Shown in pieces: positions 1 to 12,479 of a stretch of 64,000 bases of DNA (its first letter is position 1; the number at the start of each line of letters is the position of its first letter). This stretch comes from Mobula hypostoma. Taxonomy: Eukaryota. The notes below the pieces were generated by a model, which was not told the origin of the DNA, ran no database searches, and saw nothing but the letters and a program-made list of their open reading frames with translations. The stretch covers positions 10,106,001 to 10,170,000 of the forward strand of contig NC_086097.1 of the NCBI RefSeq assembly GCF_963921235.1. The letters run 5' to 3'. Made by a program: the position numbers and the translations under genes.

Positions 1-260
1 GTATAAGCCACGCTATCCAGCGTTGATTCCTTCACTCGTGGAAATCTTTCCTCACCATGCCCAGCCTCGGGCAGAACTCAATTCCAACTCCCCAACACGT
101 CTTCTGCAGAAAGCAAAATAGTCTCCCCACTATCCTGCGCGTGCGTAATGACATCACCATCTCCCTTAAAGGCACAGATAACTATTCTAGCATTACCCGG
201 ATGGATGCCTAAGTACACTTTTAACGATCCTGAATAAGATCCAACTGTCAACCGGTTACA
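1..260 (-). mobile_element. Probable LTR of an LTR retrotransposon, cut by the window edge
   Basis: CpG-containing segment ending ...ccggttaca, i.e. TGTAACC start on the minus strand, then an abrupt switch to another repeat. The other end is outside the window. Confidence 0.35.
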
Positions 261-263
261 CTT

Positions 264-770
264 TGATGGCTGTCCGTTGTGTCCAATGATGAGAGAGAAC
301 CTGTGCAGAAGAACTTATAAAGTGGAAAAGCTGTTACTCTGGGGCAGTTCCTCTCTCTCATCCTCGGATGTCCAGGTCCAGTGGTGTGAACAAACGTCAC
401 AACTGAGGTCTTCCCTGGTTACAGAGGACGACCATGATTTCTCCTGTGCTTTGTCAAGCCCTTTGCTCTTCATGGAGCATTGCAAAGCCACCTTTGGATC
501 TCATTTGTCCAGCCCGCTGGAGCTATCTTTGCTTACTCGACAAGCATGTCCCTGTCCTACTGGGGTTGAGGCCCACGAGATATCTTCACCTGGTTTAAGT
601 CACATGACGCAGCTATGTACCATGGTATGGCCGTAGTCACATGCAAAAGGCTGCTTGGAGAGAGCTGAGTGTTTGGTGGGGACCAAAGGTGAGCGAGCTG
701 CCCCAGGATTAACACAACAAGCCCATTCACAAGTGGTGCTACCCTCCCTAGACAACCCATACAACCCAAG
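264..770 (-). mobile_element. RTE-related non-autonomous repeat (copy A)
   Basis: 265-430 aligns by eye to the reverse complement of 1566-1730 (aaagtgRaaaagctgtt..ctggRgcagttcc, caactgRggtcttccYtgg). RTE assignment and strand are inferred. Confidence 0.45.
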
Positions 771-829
771 GCATTCAGCTGGCATATAATTATATTATTA
801 CCTAGAATTCGGATTTTACCTGTTTTTTG

Positions 830-1730
830 TGTTAGACTCATTCTGTAGTAGATCACTTGAATGCTCTTCTAAGATCGATGCTCTTCTAAGGGCTTATTCG
901 CTCACTGGAGAACACCTGTGCATGACTTTGCTTAACATGGGGAGGAGATGTACGGACAGCCAGCCCACAGTCTTTGACCGATTGGGGTCATGGACAAGTG
1001 ACGTGGAACGCGAGATGACTGTGGACCCTTCACTGCTGCAGCCTTCCTCTGCCTTCACTCCCATTTTCATCATCTTTTGTCAGCCCAGCCGTTGAGCTTG
1101 GTTAGATAGCTCATTGTCTGGATGGTCCCTCTTGACCCTACCGTCCATGGGTGCACTACATCGAGCTAAGTTCCAGACAGCATCGCTCTCGGGATCTCAG
1201 GAACCCACAAACCTCTCCACCACAAGGTGATGATCCTTCAAGAAGAACTCAACATCCACGCCAACTCGGGTCTCCTTCAAAGTATCATGAAACTTACCAA
1301 AAAGGATATTTGGGATTTGGCTCAGTCCAGAGCAGTTGCTAACTTGTCGTACAGGAACAGCTTGCTCTCCACTAGACATTCAGCTCTCACCTGTGGCAAA
1401 TCGGCTAAACCAGGTGAGGGTAACCGGTGGCCTCATAGTCTGGTGAGATGGAGACATGCCTGTCCCAACATGTGAAGTAAGCTCCTGTAGACTGGGTGGA
1501 TGAGATGGCTGTACAATGCTTTGTGGAGAGTGAAGGGCATGATGAGGTACAGAAGACAAGCTAATTCACTGTAGCCAAGGAAGACCCCAGTTGGGGACAA
1601 CTACTCGTGCCACTAGTTCGGGACTTCCAAGATCAAGAGAGTGGAACTGCTCCAGTGCAACAGCTTTTTTCACTTTAGAAACTCTCCCACAGAGCTTTCT
1701 TGTCATCATCAGATATGACTGGCATCCAAT
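830..1730 (+). mobile_element. RTE-related non-autonomous repeat (copy B, inverted relative to copy A)
   Basis: Same family as 264-770 in the opposite orientation. May be more than one fragment. Confidence 0.45.
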
Positions 1731-3295
1731 CACACTATGGCTGTAATGGAGAATAGGGAGGTTGTCGGTGAGAGAGAGAGAGAGCACCAAAACTAACCAA
1801 GTTCTAGCTAGTGAACTGAGTGCTAAGTCTTAGGAGGGGTGATACTATGGGAGGGAAGGGGAGGGATGTTAGAGGTTCACCACATTCCCACCATTGAACG
1901 TCCCTAGAGGGGTCATCTCAAAATGTCTCAGCACAGAATGGGAAGCCATGCACAGTGTCAGAAGACATGCCATGTCATAATAGGACTAATCAAAGCTGGC
2001 TGCACATCTCTGAAGTGCCGGGTTCAAATACACTAACATCACCATTACCACAGTCTCTTACATCGTCCCCCTCCCCACCTCACCCCTTTAGTGGCATTTT
2101 TCTCCTTTGTAGAGTATTTGTATGTATTTTTGGAAATAAGTTATCTGGTCAGATGCCACAGTAACATCATCACAAGCACAGTTCCTTGTTTTAGAATAAA
2201 TACCCATGTTTAAACCTTCTTTCTCTGGTAATTATTTTGAAAGTAAAACATATCCAGGAGATGCCCTCTTCTCATTGCTACTAGCAAGATGGAGGCACAG
2301 GAGCCTGAAGACACAGGCACAATATTTATTTAATGATATAGCATGGAGTAGGCTCTTTTGCCCTTTGAGCCACTCCACCCCAGCAACCCCACAATCCTGA
2401 TTAACCCGTATCTAATCACGGGACAATTTACAATGACAAATTAAGCCAGTGATATTAAACCTGATGCGGATCTGAAGAACTCGAGCAATAACAAAAAATA
2501 CATTACGATTGACAAAATCAAAATCATGTTTTACATTGAGAATGGTAAACATCATACATTTAGGAAACAGTATTTTAATGTGTAAGACTCTGAAATCCTT
2601 GTTACTGCACAGAAAATACTGGAAATACAAACTGTCATGGTTTAATCTCTTGTTTGCAAGTCGCAGTCAGCACAGCCTCCGTGATTCAGGACAAAGAAAG
2701 ACAAAGAGAATGATTAAAGCTGTACTGACTGTTTCTTATACTAAAACTTAAAAAGGAAGATCTTTATAAAACATTGGTTGCACACTAGCTAGAGTATTCT
2801 GACAACTCCTGCAATGCCGCTGGTGCCAAACTGTATCAGTCACTGTTGCTCCTTTGGGTTCATCAGATGCGTGGAGAGGGGGAGCTTACTACATGGGCAA
2901 CAGCTTGCTCTGCTGGCTTGCATATCTGGACAGCTAGAACGCAACATCCATGGTCAACTCTGACTAACAGAGGCCCCACATGCCTTTGAAGAATAAATCA
3001 CAACAATAGTGATGTATAAATGAATGTATCAGGAAAGGCGATCAATATAAGACAAGTTACTAACTGTCATTCTGTTTCAAGTCAAGTCACTTTTTATTGT
3101 CATTTCAACAATAACTGCTGGTACAGAACATAGTAAAAATGAGACAACGTTTTCCAGGACCATGGTGCTACATGAAACAGTACAAAAACTATACTGAACT
3201 ACGTAAGAAAAAACACAAAAGCTACACTAGACTACAGTCCTATCCAGGACTGCATAAAGTGCACAAAACAGTGCAGACACTACAATAAATAATAA

Positions 3296-4454
3296 TCTGT
3301 TATAATACTAAAACTCTCATGCTCTTTCTGTCTGTTTGTGGTCTCCAATTAGCGCAAACGGTGCGTTACAGCGGCACTTTTTTTGGCTAAATCGAATTAA
3401 AATGAGCTAACTTACAGAATGCAGGCAAAGTTCAGGGTTATATATTCATATAAAATTGCTCATTTGCAAAAATCAACAGGCTCCCTTTTAACCCGAGAGC
3501 CAATCCGCCATCACAGAAATCGGGACGCCACAGCCGCATGCATGCGCACAGCCAGCCTCGGCAGTGACACCTGGAGCAAAAGGGCAGGGCAGCTCTATTT
3601 CGAGTGGTTCCATTCTGCTAATCACCATCAGCATGTGCAGGATTGGGACAGATCTAACTGCCACCCATCAATAAGAGATAATTAAATCTTATTGTAATGA
3701 CGTACTTTGAGACACCCATAAAACCCTTTGCTGCAGTCAAAGGACAGCGGTGACTATATCACATACATTTAGGAGAGCGCCAACCACATCATCAAGAATA
3801 ATCAGCATCCTTTGATGTTACTACTTCGTATTTTCTATCCAGCATTAGGGTAAAAAAAATGGTCAGCCTAATTATGCCGCGTGGAAAGGGAAGGGGGACA
3901 TTATGGTCAAGAGATGATACCGAACGTCGTCGGGAAGCGGCAAGGAGAGGAAAAGAACAAGAATCAGTTGAGGCCAGGGCTGCACGACTCCAGGATCAAA
4001 GAGTCAGGACAAAAAAGGTGAGAGAAGAAGAGACAGAGGAGGAGAGGGATGCATGTCTCCAAGATGACAAAAACTGGCACAGAAGGAGGAGAGAGGAAGA
4101 GACAAAGGAGCTGAGAAATGCACATCTCCAGGATCAGAGACAAAGAATAAACAGCAGAAGAGATGAAGAAATGGGGGATGAAAGGACTGCATGTCTCCAG
4201 AATGACAACGAGAGGCACGAGGGTGGCAGATAAAGCAGAAATGATGCCATCAAAAGTGTCCTTCGTTAAATGAGGAGGAGCTATATTTGCTTTGTTACAT
4301 GTCATTCTTCTTGAAAAACTGAGGTTTTCTACTTCAGTTTCCAAAACAAAGCGATACCAATAGCATTCAGGAAAATTTAATGTACATTCTGGTCATATCA
4401 GACTGCATTACCCTCCTCTCAAAAGGGGCCCCAATGGGTCACCCCATTGTCTAG
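3296..4454 (+). mobile_element. Non-autonomous Helitron
   Basis: Starts TC (tctgttataatactaaaa) and ends CTAG (4451-4454). GC-rich hairpin just upstream (ggggccccaatgggtcacccc, 4425-4445). Inserted between A3295 and T4455 with no TSD, and the host LINE 3' UTR resumes. Confidence 0.85.
3859..4233 (+). CDS. Helitron-derived ORF with four 23-aa STPR-like repeats (RepHel N-terminus; Rep and helicase absent)
   Basis: ESVEARAARLQDQRVRTKKVREE / ETEEERDACLQDDKNWHRRRREE / ETKELRNAHLQDQRQRINSRRDE / EMGDERTACLQNDNERH: 23-aa period with an E-T/S-x-E-x-R-x-A-x-L pattern. Expression unknown. Confidence 0.6.
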   Translation: MVSLIMPRGKGRGTLWSRDDTERRREAARRGKEQESVEARAARLQDQRVRTKKVREEETEEERDACLQDDKNWHRRRREEETKELRNAHLQDQRQRINSRRDEEMGDERTACLQNDNERHEGGR

Positions 4455-5129
4455 TAAATAATAAATAAGACAGCAGGCACAGTAGAGGGTATAGTAGGTT
4501 GGTGTCAAGCCAGGTTCTAGGTATTGAGGAATCTGATGGCTTGGGGGAAGAAACTGTTACATAGTCTGGTCGTGAGAGCCCGAATGTTTTGGTGGCTTTT
4601 TCCAGATGGCAGGAGGGAGAGGAGTTTATATGAGGGGTGCATGGGGTCTTTCATAATGCTGTTTGCTTTGCGGATGCAGTGTGTGGTGTAAATGTCTGTG
4701 ATGGTGGGAAGAGAGACCCCGATGATCTTCTCAGCTGACCTCGCTATCTGCTGCAGGGTCTTGAGATCCGAGATCCAGAATATCAAATGGTATGCACGTA
4801 TCTCTTCAGAAGGCTTTGTTGAGTTGGTTTTTCATTTATTCTTTCATGGGATGTTGGTACGTGGGTAATGTCTCTGTTAACTGTCCACTCTTAATTGGCC
4901 TTGAATTGTAGAGGTAGGAGGCAAACACAATAACGTTTGGGTTCACATGTAGTCCTGACTAAGAAAAGATGGCAAATTTCCTTTGAAGGAAGACATGAGT
5001 AAACCTATTTTTTTTGACACTCTGCTGCTTATGCAACATAGAAACAGGCCTTTCAGCCACATGAATCTTCTGTCACAGTGAATGAACAGGCTTCATCTCC
5101 ACTAAACCTGTTTTCCAGCACTTGTTTGA

Positions 5130-5690
5130 TAGCCTTCCATGCCTTGGGGATTCAAGTGCTCATATAGATACTTAGAAACAGTAGTGGATACAGCCCCCTC
5201 AATCACTGGTAGAGCCCTCCCGCCATGGAGCACAACTACACAGAGTGCTGTTGCAGGAAAGCAGCATCATCATCAAGGACCCTCTACCGCCCAGGTCATG
5301 CTCTCTTCTCGTCAGGAAGAAGGTAAAGGAGCCTCAGGACTCACACCACTGGATTATTCCCTCTCAGCCACCAGGCTCTTGAACCAAAGGGGATAACTTC
5401 ACCCACCCCATCAATGAACTGTTCCCACAAGCTACGGACTCACTTTCAAGGATTCTTCATCTCATGTTCTCAATGCTTAATGCTTATATAATTACTATTA
5501 TTTATTTTGTATTTGCATTTTGTTGTCTTTTGCCCATTGGTTTTTGGTCTGTCTTTTCGTTCACAATTTTTCATTGATTCTACTATGTTCCTTTGTAGAA
5601 ACTGTGAATGCCCACAAGAAAATGAGTCTCAGCATAGTATGCGGTGACATTTATGTACTCCGATTATAAATGTACATTGAACTTTGAATT
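5130..5690 (+). mobile_element. Rex1/Babar-type LINE 3' fragment
   Basis: Degraded VVDTAxSITGxALP..IIKDP motif, T-rich 3' UTR and (ttgaact)n tail. Confidence 0.7.
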
Positions 5691-5819
5691 TTGTGTTCTA
5701 TATCTCAACCATCGCTTAGTGAAAAAGATTCTTTCTTAGATTCCCCCTAAACCTGCGACCCCTTATGTTCACTAGTTTTAGATACCTTGCAAAGAGAGAA
5801 AAGTATTCCTGTCTATCCT

Positions 5820-5990
5820 ATAGAAGAGTATCCCTTTAGGACAGAGGTGATGAGAAATATCAAAGACAGATAGCTGTGAGTCTGTGGAATTTATTGGCAC
5901 AGACGGCTGTGGAGGCCAAGACATTGAGTATATTTAAAGCAGATATTGATAGGTTCTTGATTAGTGAGGGTGTCAAATGTTACAGGGAGA
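5820..5990 (+). mobile_element. CR1 LINE 3' fragment
   Basis: gtggaggccaag..atatttaaagcagatattgataggttcttgatt, shared with the other CR1 3' ends in the window. Confidence 0.7.
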
Positions 5991-6245
5991 AAGCGCCACT
6001 GTAGTGTAGTGGTTAGCGTGATGGTGGTTACACCTCAGGGGACTGTAGTTCAGAGTTTAGTTTCAGCACCATGTGTAAGGAGTTTCTATGTTGTCCCTGT
6101 GGAATATGTGGGTTTTCTCCTGGTGCTCCAATCTCCTCCCACAGCCCAAAGACATACTCGTTAGGCTAGGGTTAAATAGGGGGTTGCTGGGCAGCTCAGC
6201 TTGAAGGGCCAGATGAACCTATTCTGCATCTCAATAAATAAATCT
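5991..6245 (+). mobile_element. tRNA-derived V-SINE (HE1-like)
   Basis: tRNA-like head with box A (gtagtgtagtggttagc), central V-domain-like ctcctggtgctcc..ctcccacagcccaaagac, and a taaa tail. Confidence 0.7.
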
Positions 6246-6959
6246 TCACGATGGTGTGCTCTTGCCGATCGGCTGCATTTTGGTATGTCCAGGTTCGGCC
6301 TGAAGTCAGGCCCTGTAGACGCAAATTCTCGCCTGTGTCACAAACTGAAATGTAGCCGGAGCAGGAACATCAAAGGTTGCATGAGTGGCCATCAGAGAGC
6401 TCTGCACCTAGTAATCGATTGATCGATCTCTCTCTGTCTCTCTCAATGGACAGGGAGAGTTTGCTACCAATTTTTGAGATCAGGGATCTCGAAATAAAAA
6501 GCAACGCTTCAGTCTGACTAACATTGAAATTGCGACTGCAATCTCCCCTCTCGCTGTTAGTGACAGCGAGTCCTGTAGGATGTCGAAAATGTTGGAGTGA
6601 ATAGTTAGTTTTTGATGTACTGTAGATTCTGGTCTCTCCTTGGGGGCTTTGCTGTTGCTTGCATGGTGAATGGTGGGAATGCTGATGCTTCATACTAGAA
6701 TTGGGGGCGAGGGGGAGGGAAAGGGTTAATGCTTGTGCATGAGAGGGGGACAGGGGGCTTTGGGGTTCTTACTTTTCTTTCTGTCCTTCATTCTTTGGGG
6801 GTTTTCGTCTGTTTTGAAGGTGTCGACGGAGAGTAAAAACTTCAGGTTGTATATTGTATGCATTCTCTGATATTAAATGGAGCTATTCAACTTTCCTTCA
6901 CAATTTTCTGTACATCAGTCACATCCTCTTCCATTTTTCTTCACCCCAGAGATTTGCTG

Positions 6960-7315
6960 CACCACTGCAAAGTCTCTTCAAGGGATGCCTTCCTTGAAGA
7001 AGTTTAAATCTTCTCTTCGACAGGAGTTCAGTGAAATTTTCTCTCACTGCTCCCTCTCTATGATCTCTGTTGCCCTCTCACTCTTCAACCACGTACTCAC
7101 CCAGTCTCGCTACCACAGCCACGTATCCTTCCTGGGAACTTGCTCCTATGATGCACCCCTTTTCCATCAGATTCCTTCTGCTTCAGTCCTTTGTTTCCCA
7201 ACCCACCTTATCACCATCCAGCTAGCCTCCTTCCCCTCCCCTCACCTTTTTACCCTGGTGTCTTCCAGCATTTTGGTGTTGCTTTGAATTCCCAGCATCT
7301 GCAGATTTTCTCCAA
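6960..7315 (+). mobile_element. Penelope-like element remnant
   Basis: Pyrimidine-rich pLTR segment (ccagctagcctccttcccctcc..ccagcatctgcaga), also seen at 38000-38330 and reversed at 63525-63870. Confidence 0.6.
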
Positions 7316-10045
7316 TTTTTTAATAAAAGTAGTTTTATTTTAATTATAAGTGTATGTAATTTATTGGACTTAGATTCCCCAGCTACCTTAATGGATTTCA
7401 TACTTGGTTTCTTGTTCAATTCTTCAGACCCCAGAATAACTTAATCACCGTGTTCCCATACACATTAAACAAATAATGCTTAGCTTTAATACTTTTTAAT
7501 TATTTTTAAAAATTGACTTAAAAGTTAAGTTTCTCTTCTAATCAGGTCCATGCCTGATCAGATATTTCATTGATAGCATTTCCTCTTTCACTCACATGGT
7601 ACAAAATAGAAAGGATTTAGACAAAACTTCTGTAATGAGTACCTTCTGAAATGCTGGTAACAGATGGGGCAGTGATGGCTTGTGTTGAACGGTATTTAGT
7701 TATTTTACTACCTGCCAACTTTACATGTGTGGAGTATGTTCTTTTCTGGCTTCTCTGATGAGATTTTCTTTCAATTACCGAATGTTATGTGATGTTGCCA
7801 GCACATCTCTTTCCAGAAAAGCCCACCCAATTATACAACTTCCAGAAAAGTTGATGTAAAGGATTAATATCAAAACATTTCAATGAAAGAAACATCTGTT
7901 CTGCACAAAATCATATCTGCGCTGTATCATGAAAATATTTAGTTTGATCTTTCTAACTTGTTTTGCTACAAATTATTAAGTGTAAAGGATTCTGTTAGGT
8001 TGAACATTATTAGAACACAGAACATAAATCATAGAACAATACAGTACAGAAGAGAAACATTACAGAAATGTGCTGTAATGTTGGATTAGTGAGTCTCTCT
8101 CTCTCTCTCTCTCTCGAGTGACTCCCAAGGGCTGTGAGCTATTAGTGAGAATCAAATAAAAATGTACTCTCATATCTACCAGCTATGTATCTCCGGTGGC
8201 TGTGTTCATGATACAACATATCAAAGTGCAATTTTTGACCTAGTTGGAAGTGATCTTGTCTCTGGGTCACTGGATTAATGGATCAGTGGTTTCTTCAGAC
8301 TTAAACATGTAATATGGAACATCTCCACCTCAGGGTGAACCAAACTTGCAACTGAAGAGCTCCATCAGAGGCAACTTCTGAAGAAGCTCCTCTGCAGCAT
8401 CTCCAGTGCTATCACCCCCTGCCTATAGTGTGGCACATTGAACTGCACACTGTTTATAGATGGCCTTGTTTCCTGCTTTATTGCATCAATGTGTCGGGCC
8501 CAGGAGAGGTCCTCCAAAATAATGACCACCCACCCCCCAGGAACTTAAAGTTACTCACCTTTTCCATCAATCGCCCCTCGATGAGTACTGATGTGTGTTC
8601 TCCCAACTTTCCCTTCCTGAAGTCCACGATCAACACCTTGGTCTCACTGACACTGAGTGCAACACCACATGATGAGCCAATCTATCCACACCTGAGTGCC
8701 TCCTTATTGTCATCTGAGATTTTACCAACAACAATGAGATCTGTAACTATAGCTGTTACTCTTGTTTTACTAACGTCTTTTGACCTACATTGAAACATGG
8801 AAAGCCTACAGCACAATACAGGCTACACAATACACAATACCTAGACGAGGCCAGGGGCAGATGAACAATATTCCCTCAGCTGATCTCTCATGGCCCTCAT
8901 TCGAGACTTAGTGTTTAGCACTTTTGAGCACTCTCTACACCAGGCATCCATCTAATGTTATGTCCTTTTTTTTCTTTTTTTTTTGCTTATTTTATTTTAC
9001 TCATGTCTGAGCTTATATGTTCTTGTTGATTTTACTGTTCATCAAAAATATTGAAAATAAAGTATTTAAAAAAGAAATTACCTATGGTTACCCATAGCCT
9101 GCTCAGTGTTTCCAGCATTTTCTGTTTCTTACGCATAAATTGGCTTAATTAGGCTGAAAGTCCTGTTCCAATATTGTTATTTCTCTGTAATTTTATGTAA
9201 AGTTCTATTAATACAAAAGTTCTAAAATTAGCCAAGTTGGCCCCAGCATTGCAATACAACTACCTGGATATTGTCGTCTTCTGATCTATGTTTTGGTTCA
9301 TTTCCATGTCACCTTATAAATCACCATTATGTGTGATTGGCCTAAGAGATTCAATATTAAAATCTTATTCAGTTGGACTGTAACTGCAAGCTTCATGTTA
9401 AATGACTGCTTTCGCCAATCAAGCTTACTGCACCCACAACAGAAATGCTTCACAGATTTGGTCATATGTTTGCTGTTCATGTCTCATAATGTCATGTTCT
9501 ACACCATCCCTCAAAGGACAAATATTGACTTTCATCTTCTGGAACATGAAACATAGAGCATACAGTCGAACAGTACAGCAGAGAAACAGGCCCTTCAGCC
9601 CACAATGTTGTGCTGAACCAAATAAATTAGTCATCAAATGTCCAACTAAACTAATTGCTTCTGCCTACACAATGTCCACATCCTTTCCTCACATTCATGA
9701 GCCTATCAAAACATCTCCTAATATTCCCTAATGTGTCTGCCTCTACCATCACCCCAGGAAGTGCATTCCAGGTACTCACTACTTTCCATAAAACTTGCCC
9801 CTCACATCTCCTTTAAAATTACTCCTCTCATCTATTAGAGAAGTTGGGAAGATTTCTGTTTAATGTGTTTTCCAGAAAGGTGATGTCCATCATTAAGGGA
9901 CCCCATCACCCAGGACGTGCCCTCTTCTCTTTGCTCCCATCAGGTAGGAGGTACAGAAGTATTGGAAGGCACATGCTCAACAATTCAGGAACAGCTTCTT
10001 CCCCTCTGCCATCAGATCTCGTTAAACCCATAAAGGCTATCTCAC

Positions 10046-10141
10046 GCAACACACATCAAAGTTGCTGGTGAACGCAGCAGGCCAGGCAGCATCTCTAGGA
10101 AGGGGTGCAGTCGACGTTTCAGGCCGAGACCCTTTGTCAGG
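10046..10141 (-). mobile_element. Short Penelope pLTR insertion with a hammerhead-like motif
   Basis: Flanked by the direct repeat aggctatctcac (10034-10045 and 10139-10150). Minus strand reads cctgacaaagggtctcggcctgaaacgtcgac. Confidence 0.75.
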
Positions 10142-10198
10142 CTATCTCACTACTTTTTTGTTTCTATTTTTGCACTAGTTATTTAATTTAACTGTTAT

Positions 10199-10408
10199 GT
10201 GTTGTTGTTGAGCACTGTTGAGTTGCTGTCGACTCATGGCGACCCGATGGATAGTGTAGTTGTCAAGATACATAGAAGGCACAACTAGATTGCCAGGCCT
10301 TTCTTCCACGCAGATACTACTGCTGCCCAGTTCAGGCCCGGCCGGATTGAACTCAACGCCGTCCGCCTCGAAGTCCAGGGCTGTTGCAAGTACACCACCA
10401 GCCAGCCC
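10199..10408 (-). mobile_element. tRNA-headed SINE with an RTE-type tail
   Basis: Minus strand: gggctggctggtggtgta.. (box A-like), gagttcaatcc (box B), then gggtcgccatgagtcgac and a (caa)n tail typical of RTE 3' ends. Confidence 0.7.
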
Positions 10409-11524
10409 AAATATTTTATATATATAACTGTAATTCACATTTTTTTCTATCATCATGTATTGCAATGTACTGCTGGCACAAAGTCAACAAATTTCACAAC
10501 ATATGTCAGTGATATTAAAGCTGATTCTGATTTATTTGAAGGTTAGTCTAACAGCTGCATTACTATACAATAACATTTTTATAAAGCTGAACTTTATTTC
10601 ATAACAAAATTAATACAGCTTTTATTAAAATCTGAAGTCAGGGATTGAATGGAAGCTGGGTCTATTGTTTACTTCACTCTGGGCTCTGAGCTGATTTGAG
10701 ACTTGAGAAGGGCTTCAGGCTGGGCAGCAAAATTGAGGCCCAGAGCAAGTTGCTGGACGGTGAAGTCAGGGTTGGGAACAAGTCACTGGGCAGTGAAGTC
10801 TGGGCCCAGAGTCAGTTGTTCGGACGGTTTGGTTGAGACCCAAGTGTTCTGTAGCAGCAATGCCTCAGTCCCAGTGCGAGGTACATTTCACTGTTTAGAT
10901 CATTTAAACACTGATCTAAATCAGAGGTAAGAGACAATTTTACTCGTTCTCCACAATCTCTCTCCTCTCTCTAGGGTGCCAAAGCCATTTGCTGTTCTAT
11001 CGTTGGGTCAATTTAAACGACGGCCCAGATCGACTGAAAATTTGCTTGTTTTCCACGATAGTCATCTCCATGGTGCTGAGGCTATGAAGACTGCTCCAGC
11101 TGCCGTGCTCAGTGCTCGCTAATATGATGAACTGATAAGCAAGGCTTTGGGCCTACTTTCAGCTGTTCCAGGATTCAAATCTGAGAACTCAATTTTGGTT
11201 CAGAATGTTGTTGTTCACTTCAATTGTTTTCCTGATTTCTATTTTTTTTCTCTCTAGTACATCAAGAGTTGGTCTTTTATTTTTATTCTTTTTTAATTTT
11301 TTTTTTGAGTTTCTTGCTTTGTGGCTAATTGTGAGCAAGCAAACCTGAAGGTTGCAAAATTTATACATTCTTTGACAATAAATGAATCTCGAATATATGT
11401 GAAACCACTCTGCACCAAAATCACAGCTGTAAAATAAACATGTTTCAAATGAAACAAAGGAATTAGCTTAAAATGCATTGGGCCTGATTTCATTGGTGAA
11501 TGCAAAGACTAAATGGAAATGCTG

Positions 11525-11950
11525 GTTCAAGTTCAAGTTCAGTTTATTGTCACTCAACCATACACATGTACACCACCAAATGAAACAATCTTCCTCTGGA
11601 CCAAGGTGACATACACAGTGCATATAACTCAAACACAAAATACATTAAGTATATTACCACAAAAAAATTAACAAATAATAAGGTGGATTTGTAACACAAG
11701 TTAAGAAGTAAACAGTATAACACTACTGGACCTGGATGGTGGCAGGGAGTTCAGTATTCTCACAGCCTGAGGGTAGAAGCTGTCGCACATGCTAATAGTC
11801 CTTGTCCTAATGTTATGGTACTTTCTGCCTAATGGTAGAAGGGTCGATGAGGATGTTGGACGTATGGGAGGGATCATTGACAATGCTGAGGACTTGCCTA
11901 TGTAGCACTCCTGATAAATGTCTTTGATGGGTGGAAAGGAGACCCCTCTG
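11525..11950 (-). mobile_element. Rex1/Babar-type 3' fragment
   Basis: ORF 11701-11997 contains LLPLGRKYHNIRTRT..SFYPQAVRILN; (ttgaac)n tail. Confidence 0.75.
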
Positions 11951-12479
11951 GTGGTTAGTTGCTTAACTACCTGGGCAACCCCAGCCTCCCTGTGCATGCT
12001 CTGTCAAATGCAGAAGTCCTGGCTTTACAACAGATTAGGAATGTCATGGAGAGACCAGAGACAGAGCCCAGTTGTCTTCAGATTCCCAGACTTTCACATT
12101 GAGCCAGAAATTTAAACAGCTTTTCACTGCCCTGAGGAATACCCGCATGAGAATAAGGAGCTGTGTGGCCTCAAATGATAAATTATTTCTGTGGATGCTT
12201 CCTGAATTTTTGTTTTGTTTTTGATTTTTATGTTCCCTGGCTCCATGTACCAGCTCCTTCTCCGACAACTAAGCACATATACAAAGTGACCCAGCAAAGT
12301 ACCAAGATAGTAGTTGATCCTATTTCCTGTGTGGGGTACATAGCAACCCATGTCCAACCAATGAGCAGGCATCATCAGAATCTGGTGCATACTGCACAGC
12401 TAAGGTCCTATCAGGAGGATCAAATAATAGGCCTTGGCTTTATTTTAATGTTTTGCTATTTGTTATACTTTTACTCCAT

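Larger units (their letters stand above)
3075..4775 (-). mobile_element. Rex1/Babar-type LINE 3' portion, interrupted by a Helitron
   Basis: ORF 4517-4786 encodes the C-terminal motif (LQQIARSAEKIIG..DPMHPSYKLLSLLPSGK..RLCNSFFPQAIRFLN). The 3' UTR has AATAAA and a (cttga)n tail on the minus strand. Confidence 0.8.
9860..10530 (+). mobile_element. Rex1/Babar-type 3' fragment hosting two nested insertions
   Basis: SIIKGPHHPGRALFSLLPSGRRYRS in ORF 9844-10071 and a ctgattctga tail. Confidence 0.75.

Noticed and set aside
3964..4344. Hydrophobic minus-strand ORFs (126 aa and 62 aa)
   Set aside because: Antisense shadows of the purine-rich STPR repeat ORF.
5991..6080. tRNA gene (also 10340-10408)
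   Set aside because: SINE heads: the cloverleaf is broken and they continue into SINE body and tail sequence.
8093..8115. (CT)n microsatellite, and (CA)n(TA)n at about 41762-41797
   Set aside because: Ordinary simple repeats.
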